From NCBI GenBank assembly GCA_963668175.1, contig OY764159.1:1376001-1440000 (forward strand): 64,000 nucleotides of DNA. Direction: 5' to 3'. This stretch comes from Syntrophales bacterium. GTDB lineage: Bacteria > Desulfobacterota > Syntrophia > Syntrophales > PHBD01. The position numbers and the translations under genes were made by a program. The notes under the pieces are model-generated. The model ran no database searches. It saw nothing but the letters and a program-made list of their open reading frames with translations, and was not told where the DNA came from. Shown here in pieces: positions 9,328 through 18,216 of this stretch. Within the stretch, counting starts at the first letter, position 1. Each line of letters starts with the position of its first letter.

Positions 9328-10110
9328 TTGCACAAGTATAAAATCACCCTCGAATACGACGGGACTGGATACAGCGGCTGGCAGACCCAGAAGAATGCCC
9401 GGAGTATCCAGGCGACGGTGCTGGCCGCGGCGCGGGAGGTTTTCGGGACGGTGGCCGATCTCCAGGGGGCCGGGCGGACCGACGCCGGGGTCCATGCTCT
9501 GGGCCAGGTCGCCCATATCGAAACGGAAAAAAGAATTCCTCCGCAGCAGGTCCTCTTCGGCCTCAACGACCGTCTGCCCGCCTCCGTCAACGTCCTGCAC
9601 GTGGAGACGGCGTCGCCGCGTTTTCATGCCCGCCACCATGCCCGGCAGCGGATTTATCTCTACCAGATTTCCCGGCGCCGGACGGCCTTCGGGAAGCGGT
9701 ACGTCTGGTGGATCAAGGACGATCTCGATACGGCCGCGATGAAGGCGGTCTCTTCCCTCTTCGTCGGCATGCACGACTTCGTTTCCTTTGCGGACAAGAG
9801 GTTCGACAAGGACGCATCGACCAAGGTCAAGGTCGACGCCGTCGAACTCATCGACGCGGACGACCTCCTTCTCATCCGGGTGGCCGGATCGCATTTCCTC
9901 TGGAAGATGGTGCGGCGGATGGTGGGCGTTCTGGCCGAAGTGGGCCGGGGCAACCTGGACGGCCGGGCCATTGTGAAGATGCTTCAGCATTATTCGACCG
10001 AACCGGCCAGGCTCACGGCGCCGGCCTCGGGCCTCTTCCTCGAACAGGTCCTTTACGAAGGGGACCGACAGCGGACCGTGAACCTTCCCCGTTCCTACCC
10101 AAGTCTTTAA
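9328..10110 (+). CDS. truA: tRNA pseudouridine(38-40) synthase
   Basis: EYDGTGYSGWQ, GAGRTDAGVHA, HDFVSF, FLWKMVR, TAPASGLFL. Confidence 0.95.
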   Translation: MHKYKITLEYDGTGYSGWQTQKNARSIQATVLAAAREVFGTVADLQGAGRTDAGVHALGQVAHIETEKRIPPQQVLFGLNDRLPASVNVLHVETASPRFHARHHARQRIYLYQISRRRTAFGKRYVWWIKDDLDTAAMKAVSSLFVGMHDFVSFADKRFDKDASTKVKVDAVELIDADDLLLIRVAGSHFLWKMVRRMVGVLAEVGRGNLDGRAIVKMLQHYSTEPARLTAPASGLFLEQVLYEGDRQRTVNLPRSYPSL

Positions 10111-10132
10111 CCCGTTTCCGGTTCGGCGGGAA

Positions 10133-10972
10133 CTAAGCCTGCAGATAGCTGTGAAGGCCCGGGAGGTAGTTTACCCCCAGGTACGTAAAGAGGACGGACG
10201 CGAAGCCGATGACGGCCATGAGCGCCAGGCGTTTGCCGCGCCAGTCGCGGACGTACCGGGCGTGAAGCATGGCGGCGTATATGATCCAGGTAATGAGGGA
10301 CCAGGTCTCTTTCGGGTCCCAGCTCCAGTACGATCCCCAGGCGTAATGAGCCCAGATGGAACCCGTCATGATCCCGATCGTAAGAAATACAAAGCCAAGG
10401 GCGACGCTGCGATAGATCGTCTCGTCCAGGCTCTCCGAAGAGGGGAGGCGTTCGCCGATTCCCTCGTGACGGGCCGTGATCCAATCCCTGAGAAAATAGA
10501 TCAGGCCGCATCCGAAAGCGACGGTGAAGGAGGCATAGCCCAGAAAACAGGTAACGACGTGGCTCGTCAGCCAGTTGCTTTGCAAGGCCGGGATCAGGGG
10601 TTGAATCTGGCTGCTGACGCCGGGAGCGATCGAGGCGTAGGCCATGGCGAGAAAAGCCGCGGGCATCACGAAGGCGCCGATGGCGCGGGAGCCGGTTCGC
10701 CATTCGATGAAGAGGTTGATGGCGACAATCGCCCAGGCGAAGAAGACCATCGATTCGTACAGGTTCGACAGGGGGATATGCCCGATGCCGAGATCGTAGG
10801 AAGCCTTCCAGCGGAGGAGCAGGGCGCATGTTTCGGCGGCGATGCCTATCCATGCGGCGATGGAGCCGACGCGGCCCCATAATTCCTTTCCGAAAATCAT
10901 GCGGACAAGATAGGCGACAAAGGAAAAGAAGTAGATAAATGTCACCCAGCTTAAAATCGTCGTATGCGTCAT
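10133..10972 (-). CDS. ccsA: Cytochrome c biogenesis System II heme-handling membrane protein (CcsA/ResC)
   Basis: WWD domain WAHYAWGSYWSWDPKETW, PALQSNWLTSHV, GLHSY. Confidence 0.95.
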   Translation of the reverse strand: MTHTTILSWVTFIYFFSFVAYLVRMIFGKELWGRVGSIAAWIGIAAETCALLLRWKASYDLGIGHIPLSNLYESMVFFAWAIVAINLFIEWRTGSRAIGAFVMPAAFLAMAYASIAPGVSSQIQPLIPALQSNWLTSHVVTCFLGYASFTVAFGCGLIYFLRDWITARHEGIGERLPSSESLDETIYRSVALGFVFLTIGIMTGSIWAHYAWGSYWSWDPKETWSLITWIIYAAMLHARYVRDWRGKRLALMAVIGFASVLFTYLGVNYLPGLHSYLQA

Positions 10973-12354
10973 GAAGCCAGTTCCTTTACAATTTGGGTAC
11001 GGATGCCGTCCATCAGCCGCTTCATGGATGCGGCGTTCCGGTTGCTGCGGCCGGCCACGGATATCCGCGTCTTTCCCTTAACGGTGTCGACGCGGACCCA
11101 GAAGCGATGGTGGAAGACGAAGTAGATGACGACAAGCCCCGCAATCATCAGGAACCCGCCGCCGGCGACGAGCGGCACGCCGGGGTCACGGGCTACCTGG
11201 AGGCCTGTATAGTATTGTTGTTCGACGCGGAGGAGGGCGAAGACATACGGCCTGAACAGGCCGGGGTTGAAGAGGGGGACTTCGTCCATGAGTCCCGGGT
11301 TCGATTCCTTGATCTCGTCGATATGCTGGAATATCCAGAACTGAACATCCGTTGCCGCCGACCGGACGCGGATTTTCGCCGCCGGTCCCATATTCATCAA
11401 GTTGTCTTCGACGCGGAGCACCTCGACCTTGGCGTCGCTTCCCGGGATGTCGAATACATCCCCGACGCTGATCATGAATCCTTTTTCCTTCAACGCTTTG
11501 CCGGTGACCGTGATGAAGGCGCGGCCGTCCGAAACGGAGCCGTAGCTTGCCTGGTAGAAACGGACGCCGCCAAACTCGAGGGGATGATTGACAAGCACCG
11601 GCCCCTGAAAGACCACCTTGCCGTCCTTAATGAAGCTGAGATCGGAGCGGTAGGTCTTCGGGGCGCCGTTTTCGTAGAAATCCACCATGAAGCGGTCGCA
11701 CCGGACGGAAAAGCCGAGGTCCCGTGTCCCCTTGCCGCCCCTGATCGAGGCAGCGTCGGCGGTTCCGCCCTCGACGATGTTCATGTAGGCGTTCAAGCCC
11801 CATAGGGAGCCGACGAGGGTCCCGGCGATCATAATGAGGATGCTCAAATGGACGGCGTAGACGCCAAAGAGGGAGAACCGCCCTTTGTCTCCGAAGAAGA
11901 CCGTCGTGCCTTCCTGGGAATCGTTCCTTTCGAGTCGGCGGAATTTGCCCCGCAGGAGCGCCTCGACGCGCTTCGCGACGTCTTCGCGCCCGGCGTCGGA
12001 GATCATGACCTGTTCGGGAGGCAGATTCTCGTAAAGCCCGGCCGGACCGGGAAAGGGGCTGGACGTGAATTGACGCAATGATGCGGGAAAACGCCTCCAT
12101 GAGCAGACGATAAGATTGACGGACAAGAGTCCCAGAAGGACGTAGAATACCAGGGAGTGGTAGATGTCGAAAAGCTGGAGATTGTGCAGGATGCCCACCG
12201 TGGTCGGCGACAGCTGCCGGGCGAATTCCGGCGCGTTTTCCTGCTGCGGGATGAAGGTCCCGACAATGGCCAGCAGGGCGATCAGGATCAGGAGGGTCAG
12301 GGTCAGTTTGAGGGAAGACAGGACCTTGAGAAGAGGGTTGTCGTTTTTCGGCAA
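10969..12354 (-). CDS. resB: Cytochrome c biogenesis System II protein (CcsB/ResB)
   Basis: GTFIPQ, FDIYHS, VHLSIL, VNHPL, YQASYG, TGLQVARDPG. Overlaps ccsA. Confidence 0.93.
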   Translation of the reverse strand: MPKNDNPLLKVLSSLKLTLTLLILIALLAIVGTFIPQQENAPEFARQLSPTTVGILHNLQLFDIYHSLVFYVLLGLLSVNLIVCSWRRFPASLRQFTSSPFPGPAGLYENLPPEQVMISDAGREDVAKRVEALLRGKFRRLERNDSQEGTTVFFGDKGRFSLFGVYAVHLSILIMIAGTLVGSLWGLNAYMNIVEGGTADAASIRGGKGTRDLGFSVRCDRFMVDFYENGAPKTYRSDLSFIKDGKVVFQGPVLVNHPLEFGGVRFYQASYGSVSDGRAFITVTGKALKEKGFMISVGDVFDIPGSDAKVEVLRVEDNLMNMGPAAKIRVRSAATDVQFWIFQHIDEIKESNPGLMDEVPLFNPGLFRPYVFALLRVEQQYYTGLQVARDPGVPLVAGGGFLMIAGLVVIYFVFHHRFWVRVDTVKGKTRISVAGRSNRNAASMKRLMDGIRTQIVKELAS

Positions 12355-12505
12355 TGAAGGATTCTCCTTTTATCGTCACGCCCGTCGGGCGTCCGTACCG
12401 CGGCAAGCGATACTATCTATAAATTTTACCATCAATGCCGACCCATAGCAAGCAGAAGGTGGCGGCAACGCCGGACGGATTTCCCGGCCCGCACAGGCCT
12501 CTGTG

Positions 12506-12570
12506 CGACAAATCTGTCGATCCCTCAGCATAACGCTTGACAAGAACGGTCAAGTGGCGCTATTTTATTT
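12506..12570 (+). promoter_or_regulatory. Candidate promoter/operator region of the nrfD-like operon
   Basis: Palindrome CGACA-AATC-TGTCG (12506-12519). TTGACA at 12537 lies within the inverted repeat CTTGAC-N7-GTCAAG. Confidence 0.35.
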
Positions 12571-12612
12571 GCGGGGGCAACGTATTTGTATGATGTGTGG
12601 AGATGTTTATTT

Positions 12613-13869
12613 ATGGCCTCTTTGGGTAAAGCTTGGCAAGCCGTCGATGTGGCGGCCGCATTAAGGCGCGTCCTATCCGGCGGACCCGTCTATCTCTTTT
12701 TTCTTTTCCTGTTTGTCGCCCTTCTGCTGACCGGTGCCGGGGCCGGAGTTCATGCCCTGTTCGTCGCCGGCAGTCGCCACGCCTACGGGACATACCGGCA
12801 GGTTCCCGTGGCGATGCTGATATCCAGTTACGCCTTCTTTGCCATCGCCTCGACAGGGATCTGCATCATATCGTCCATCGGGCACGTCTTCGGGGTCAGG
12901 GACCTCATGCCGCTGGCCAAGCGATGCGTGCTCCTTTCGATCTTCACCATCCTGTCGGGGTTTTTCGTGATCGGCCTGGAGTTGGAGAATCCGATCCGGA
13001 TGGCCATCTACAACGTCATCTCACCGAATTTATCATCGAACATCTGGTGGATGGGCACCCTGTACGGCTTTGAAGTTGTCTTCCTCACGGTGGAGTTTAT
13101 CTTCCTCATGAGCGGCGATCACCGGACGGCGTCGAAAGTCGGCCTGGTGGGAGTTATCTGCGGAGTCGCCGCCATCAGCAACCTGGGCGGCGTTTTTGCC
13201 ATGATGCACGGCCGCGAGTTTTGGTACGGCCCGTTTCTGCCCGTCTTTTTCATCGCCTCCGCCATGATGACCGGCTGCGCCTTCATCATGTTCTTCACGA
13301 TCATCGCCTCTTTCGTCGGACGAAAGAAGATTGAAGGGGCGACGGCCCGGTCCCTGGAAGTCGTTTCGAACCTCGCGATGCTGATGATTGCCGTGGCCCT
13401 GTTTTTCACGATCTGGCGGATGGTGTCGCTCAGCGTCGCGGGCGAACGGCAGCTCCTGGAGCTCGAAGCCATGGTCTCCGGGGCCTTTGCCTTCAATTTC
13501 TGGGGCCTGGAAATCGTCTGCGGCATCGTCATCCCTTTCATCCTTCTTTGGCTCGGAAAGGGCAGAAGCATGTGGCTCATGTTCACGGCGTCGGCCCTCG
13601 TCATATTTTCGGTCTTCTTCGTTCGTCTGGATCTCGTCGTCATCGGGCAGATCGTGCCGTACTATATGGATCTCGGTGTCGTCGAGTATTCCCGCCTCAA
13701 CGCCTATATGCCGACCTTGCACGAAGGCCTGGTGGTGCTGGGCGGGATAGGCTTCTGCATGTCGGCCTTCCTCTTTGCCGAGAGGCTCTTCGACGGCTAC
13801 CCCGACGACGGCCATGACGACGCCGTATCGCACGAGGCTGCCGGGGACCGGGCGGAGGTGGCATCATGA
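12613..13869 (+). CDS. NrfD/PsrC-family quinol-interacting membrane anchor
   Basis: About 10 TM helices, LELENPIR, SPNLSSNIWWMGTLYG, RLDLVVIGQ. ATG 12613 follows GGAGA. Confidence 0.9.
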   Translation: MASLGKAWQAVDVAAALRRVLSGGPVYLFFLFLFVALLLTGAGAGVHALFVAGSRHAYGTYRQVPVAMLISSYAFFAIASTGICIISSIGHVFGVRDLMPLAKRCVLLSIFTILSGFFVIGLELENPIRMAIYNVISPNLSSNIWWMGTLYGFEVVFLTVEFIFLMSGDHRTASKVGLVGVICGVAAISNLGGVFAMMHGREFWYGPFLPVFFIASAMMTGCAFIMFFTIIASFVGRKKIEGATARSLEVVSNLAMLMIAVALFFTIWRMVSLSVAGERQLLELEAMVSGAFAFNFWGLEIVCGIVIPFILLWLGKGRSMWLMFTASALVIFSVFFVRLDLVVIGQIVPYYMDLGVVEYSRLNAYMPTLHEGLVVLGGIGFCMSAFLFAERLFDGYPDDGHDDAVSHEAAGDRAEVAS

Positions 13870-14618
13870 CAACGAACGAAACCGAAAGCAAGAAGACTGC
13901 GCGGGAAGGGAAAGGCGATATCCAGGACAGGGAACGACGCGAGTTCCTGAAGATCGGCCTGGTGATCACGGGCGTTTTTGCCGGCGGCACGGTCCTCTCC
14001 CTCGCTTCCATAGCCGGAAAGGGATCGTCAGCTGCTTTAAGCAAGGAGCCGTATCCGTATAAGCCTCACTACGGCATGGTGATAAGGCAGGACCGCTGCA
14101 TCGACTGCGAGCGCTGCATGGAGGCCTGCGTTGCCACCAATCACGTGCCGTCCTACGGCTGGCGGACCAATATCCTGGCCCGGGAAGTGCCCGCTGCCGT
14201 CGGGCAGAACCGGGAGTTCATCCCCATCCTCTGCAACCAGTGCAACAACCCGCCCTGCGTCCGGACCTGCCCGACCACGGCGACTTATAAAGATAAGAAA
14301 ACCGGGATTGTCGTCATGGACATCAAGAAATGCATCGGCTGCAAGTCCTGCATGATGGCCTGTCCTTACGATATGCGCTACTACAACGAAGAGAGGCAGG
14401 CCATCGACAAGTGCGATTTCTGTTTCGAATCGAGACTCAAGAAGGGTGAGAAGACCACGGCCTGCGCCGAGGCCTGTCCGGCCGACGTGCGGGTGTTCGG
14501 CGATATCTCCGATCCGGGGAACCGCGCCTATCAACTGATTCATCAGGTTCAGAAAGCCGTCTGGGTTTTGCGGCCGGAGGTCGGCGCCCTGCCGAACATC
14601 TTCTACACGAAGGGTTAA
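13866..14618 (+). CDS. NrfC/PsrB-family 4x[4Fe-4S] protein with Tat-like signal
   Basis: RREFLK, CIDCERCMEAC, CNQCNNPPCVRTCP, CIGCKSCMMACP, KCDFC...CAEACP. Confidence 0.92.
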   Translation: MTTNETESKKTAREGKGDIQDRERREFLKIGLVITGVFAGGTVLSLASIAGKGSSAALSKEPYPYKPHYGMVIRQDRCIDCERCMEACVATNHVPSYGWRTNILAREVPAAVGQNREFIPILCNQCNNPPCVRTCPTTATYKDKKTGIVVMDIKKCIGCKSCMMACPYDMRYYNEERQAIDKCDFCFESRLKKGEKTTACAEACPADVRVFGDISDPGNRAYQLIHQVQKAVWVLRPEVGALPNIFYTKG

Positions 14619-14628
14619 CGGAATTACG

Positions 14629-16950
14629 ATGAAAAAGCGTTTCGCCTTGATCACGATGATACTGGCCGTTCCGATGCTTGTGGCCGCCGGCGCCGCCACG
14701 GGAAGCTTTTCCGACGGGGGCGGCATCCTCTACACGGAGCCGGTGAAGGCGGTCCTCTTCAGCCATAAAGCCCACGTGGACGCGAAGGGGATTTCCTGCG
14801 ATCGCTGCCATTCTGGTCTCTTCGACATGGAAGCCCTGAAGGTCCAGCAGAAGAAGGATTTCGTCATGGAATCCCTCTACAAGGGCAAGTACTGCGGGGC
14901 CTGTCACAACGGCAAGGCGGCATTCGCCTCCGACACCCAGTGCGCTCGGTGCCATGTCCGTGCCGAGGGGATCAAGGCCGGATTCGTCAAGGGCAAAGAG
15001 AAAGCGGCTACGGTCTATAATACTTCGGTAACGATGGGCAAAGGGGAGAGCGCCGTCCGTTTCCGTCATGAAACGCACACCGCCAAGGCCGCATGCGCCG
15101 ACTGCCACCCCCGCCTCTTCAAAGCGAAAAAAGGCGCCGACCGCATTGCCATGGCCGATCACGGCAAAAACAAGTACTGCTTCTCGTGCCATGACGGCCG
15201 CAAGGCCTCTACGTGGAACGAATGCAGCACCTGCCATGCCAAGGTGCCGGTCCCTTCCCAGGCCGTTCTCTTCGGGAAGGGCGAGAAGGCGGTGCCCTTC
15301 AACCACAAGAGCCACACGGCGTCCCTGAAGTGCGCAAGCTGTCATACGAAACTATTCCCCTACAAGAAAACCGGGAAGAAGATCGCCTTCGCCGACCATG
15401 CCGCGAACAAGGACTGCTTCGCATGCCACGCCAGCTCGGGAAAAGGTTCGGCCTCTTACGACTGCAACCGCTGCCATGCGAAGACAAAGACATCCGCGGC
15501 TGCCGCGCCTGCTGCGGGGCCTGCCGGGCCCGCCCAGCCCCTTCTTTTCGGCCAGGGGGCGAAGGCTGTAGCCTTCAACCACAAGAGCCATTCGGGGGGC
15601 TCGATGCAGTGCGCAAGCTGCCATACGAAGCTCTTCCCCTACAAGCGGAGCGGCGAAAAGATCGCCTTCGCGGATCATGCCACGAACAAGAACTGCTTCG
15701 CGTGCCATGCCAGCTCGGGAAAAGGCTCGGCAACCTATACCTGCAATCTCTGCCATAAGAGTCAGGCCTCCGCCGCCCCGGCCGGGAACAAGGCCGGGAG
15801 CAAGAACGGCTGCCTCAACTGCCATGCCAATGACGCTGCCATGAAGGCGATGGTCAAACCGCCGGCGATCCCCACCGAAGGAGAGGGCTGAGCGGGGGCG
15901 CCTCCGCCAGTTAAGGCGGAGGAGTATTATAAAGGCTACCTTGTCGATCAGGGGCTGGTCGGAACGGACGTGCACCTCAGGATGGGGTGCAAGGCCTGCC
16001 ACGGCGGCGACGAAAACGGCGGATCGAAGGCCGCCGCCCACAAAGGCCTGATCGTCCGGCCCTCCGACGACCTCAAAGCCTGCGGGAACTGCCACAAGGC
16101 CATTGCCGACACATACGCCAAATCCCTCCATTACACGACCATCGGCCAGCGCGAGGGCGTCAAGGCCCGTTTCTCCAAGGCGGAACTGGCCATGTTCGAC
16201 CGGAAAGTATTCAACCAGTCCTGCCGCAGCTGCCACGCCTCCTGCGGCGACTGCCACGTTAAATCGCCTCCCGTCTCGGGTATTTCCCTGGGACTCATCG
16301 CCGGGCACAAGTTCGTCAAAAAGAACGAGGGGAAGACCTGCGCCTTCTGCCACGGAGGACGCGTCTATCCCGAATTCACCGGCGAATACGGCGGGTCCCC
16401 CGACGTCCACTACCAGAAGGGCATGATGTGCATGGACTGCCATAAGAAGTCGGAGGTCCACGGCGACGGCGCGATGGCGATGAACAAGCAGTCCGTCAAG
16501 GACCGGCCCCGGTGTGTAGCCTGCCATAAGCTCGACGGCAAGCAAATGGCCCATAACGTCCACCAGGACAAGGTGACCTGCCAGGGGTGCCACGTCGGCG
16601 GCGAGTACCGCCAATGCGAGAACTGTCACGTGGGTCCCGGCTCCATGTCGAAGCCGGGTTTCATCCTGGGACGGAATCCCCGGGACAACAAGACGTTGAC
16701 CACGCTCCGGTTGATCCCCACGGTCAGGGACACGTTCAAGCCGGCAGGCATCGCCATGAGCAGCTTCGATGCTGTGCCCAACTACTGGGATTCCCCCGTC
16801 CACAGCATCAAGAAGCGTACGGCACGGACCAGGTCTTGCGACAGCTGCCATGCGCAGCGGGAAGGGTTCCTGAAGGAGGAAACACTCATCAAGGACGGCT
16901 CCAAGGCCAACCGGAACCTGATCTATAACCTGAAACCCCTGGGTAAATAA
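14629..16950 (+). CDS. Multiheme c-type cytochrome, 23 CxxCH motifs, with predicted selenocysteine (U421) read-through; 773 aa
   Basis: Signal peptide. 13 CxxCH before and 10 after the in-frame TGA at 15889-15891 (PTEGEG-U-AGAPPPVKAEEYYKGYLV). The frame stays open into the 15970..16950 ORF, and a SECIS-like hairpin follows the TGA. Confidence 0.82.
15265..15759 (+). repeat. Internal tandem duplication of a c7-like triheme domain
   Basis: About 15265-15480 and 15541-15759 both encode LFGxGxKAVxFNHKSH...CASCHTKLFPYK...KIAFADHAxNKxCFACHASSGKGSAxYxCNxCH. Confidence 0.9.
15892..15925 (+). promoter_or_regulatory. Putative SECIS element of the multiheme cytochrome
   Basis: Perfect 8-bp stem CCTCCGCC/GGCGGAGG (15901-15922). 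The loop AGTTAA begins after a 17-nt spacer from the TGA, with G at loop position 2. Confidence 0.75.
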
Positions 16951-17014
16951 TTGCCGGCCGGGAATTCAAACGGCGCGGCAGAACCTGCAAGAAACCAATC
17001 CAATGCCAGACCCG

Positions 17015-17045
17015 GCCCGGCAGGGCTATCCTGCCGGGCTTTATT
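17015..17045 (+). terminator. Rho-independent terminator after the cytochrome operon
   Basis: GCCCGGCAGG-GCTAT-CCTGCCGGGC followed by TTTATT. Confidence 0.75.
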
Positions 17046-17267
17046 GCTTGCCGTAGAGAGGGGCTATTGAGCCCTTCCTTGAAAATAGCCGGGAGATGGG
17101 TTACACTGCGCCGTCATCTTCGAAAGGCCTGTCTCTTTCATTCGGGCCTTTCCGGGGAAGGCGGCGGAGTTGTCCCGAGGGCCTGAAGAAGGCCGGCGTT
17201 CCGTCCGGAAGGCTGGCTCAACGCGGGCCCGCCGTGCGGAACACATTACAACGGCGGAGGATCGAAG

Positions 17268-18212
17268 ATGAAGAAGATATTGTGGTTTGGCCTGGGTCTG
17301 GTCGTTATTCTCGTTGGCGCCCTGTACTTCCTGTATTCCTCTTCTTTTGTGTACGAGCAGGCGATCAACGCCGAGAGGGCCGCTGCCGGCCTCGTCAGGA
17401 AGAACATCCAGGTGGACGACCACCGTATTGCCTACCTGGAAGGCGGGGCGGGGGAGGTCGTCGTCCTGATCCACGGTTTCGGCGCCGAAAAAGACAATTG
17501 GGACCGCTTTGCCAAGTACCTCCAGCCCGGCTGCCAGGTCTTCATCCCCGATCTGCCGGGATTCGGCGAGAGCAGCAAACTGCCGGAAGCCCGCTATGAC
17601 ATAGCGAGCCAGGTCAAGCGTCTCAACCGGATAGCCGAGGCGCTCAATCTCCGGAAGTTTCACCTGGCGGGCAATTCCATGGGGGGGATGATCGCCTGCG
17701 AATACGCGGCCCAGTATCCCGAGAAGGTCCTGTCCCTCGGTCTCTTCGCCCCCGGGGGAATCTTTCCGCCCCACAAGAACGAGCTGATGAAGCTCCTCGA
17801 AAAGGGAGAGAACCCCCTCGTAGTGAAGACCCCGGAAGACTTCGACCGGATCATGTCGCTGCTTTTTGTTTCGCCTCCGCCTTTTCCGGCGCCCGTCAAA
17901 AAGTTCCTCGCGGATCGCGCCATGGCCAACGCGGCTTTCAACGAAAAAGTCTTCAAGGACATGAGCGCCGATTTCCGCACGCCGGACTCGCCGCTCGCGC
18001 CGTTTCTCCCCAAAGTCGCCGCCCCGACCCTGATCGTCTGGGGCGACAAGGACAAGATCCTCGATGTTTCGAGCGTCTCCGTCCTGGAGAAGGGGCTTAA
18101 GAACCGCCAGACGATTATCATGAAGGACACGGGCCACGTCCCTATGGTGGAAAAACCGCAGGAATCGGCAGCCGCATACCGGTCCTTTATCGAAAAGGCG
18201 GTAAAACGCTAA
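17268..18212 (+). CDS. Membrane-anchored alpha/beta hydrolase (lipase/esterase)
   Basis: HGFG, DLPGFGES, GNSMGG nucleophile elbow, WGDKD, GHVPMVE. Confidence 0.92.
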   Translation: MKKILWFGLGLVVILVGALYFLYSSSFVYEQAINAERAAAGLVRKNIQVDDHRIAYLEGGAGEVVVLIHGFGAEKDNWDRFAKYLQPGCQVFIPDLPGFGESSKLPEARYDIASQVKRLNRIAEALNLRKFHLAGNSMGGMIACEYAAQYPEKVLSLGLFAPGGIFPPHKNELMKLLEKGENPLVVKTPEDFDRIMSLLFVSPPPFPAPVKKFLADRAMANAAFNEKVFKDMSADFRTPDSPLAPFLPKVAAPTLIVWGDKDKILDVSSVSVLEKGLKNRQTIIMKDTGHVPMVEKPQESAAAYRSFIEKAVKR

Positions 18213-18216
18213 GATC

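Noticed and set aside
15901..15922. Hairpin as an intrinsic terminator
   Set aside because: There is no U-tract, the coding frame continues through it, and a proper terminator lies at 17015.
15970..16950. Independent 326-aa cytochrome starting at GTG 15970
   Set aside because: It has no signal peptide and no nearby SD (the GGAGGAG at about 15918 is too far away and lies in the hairpin). It is in frame with the upstream ORF across a single TGA.
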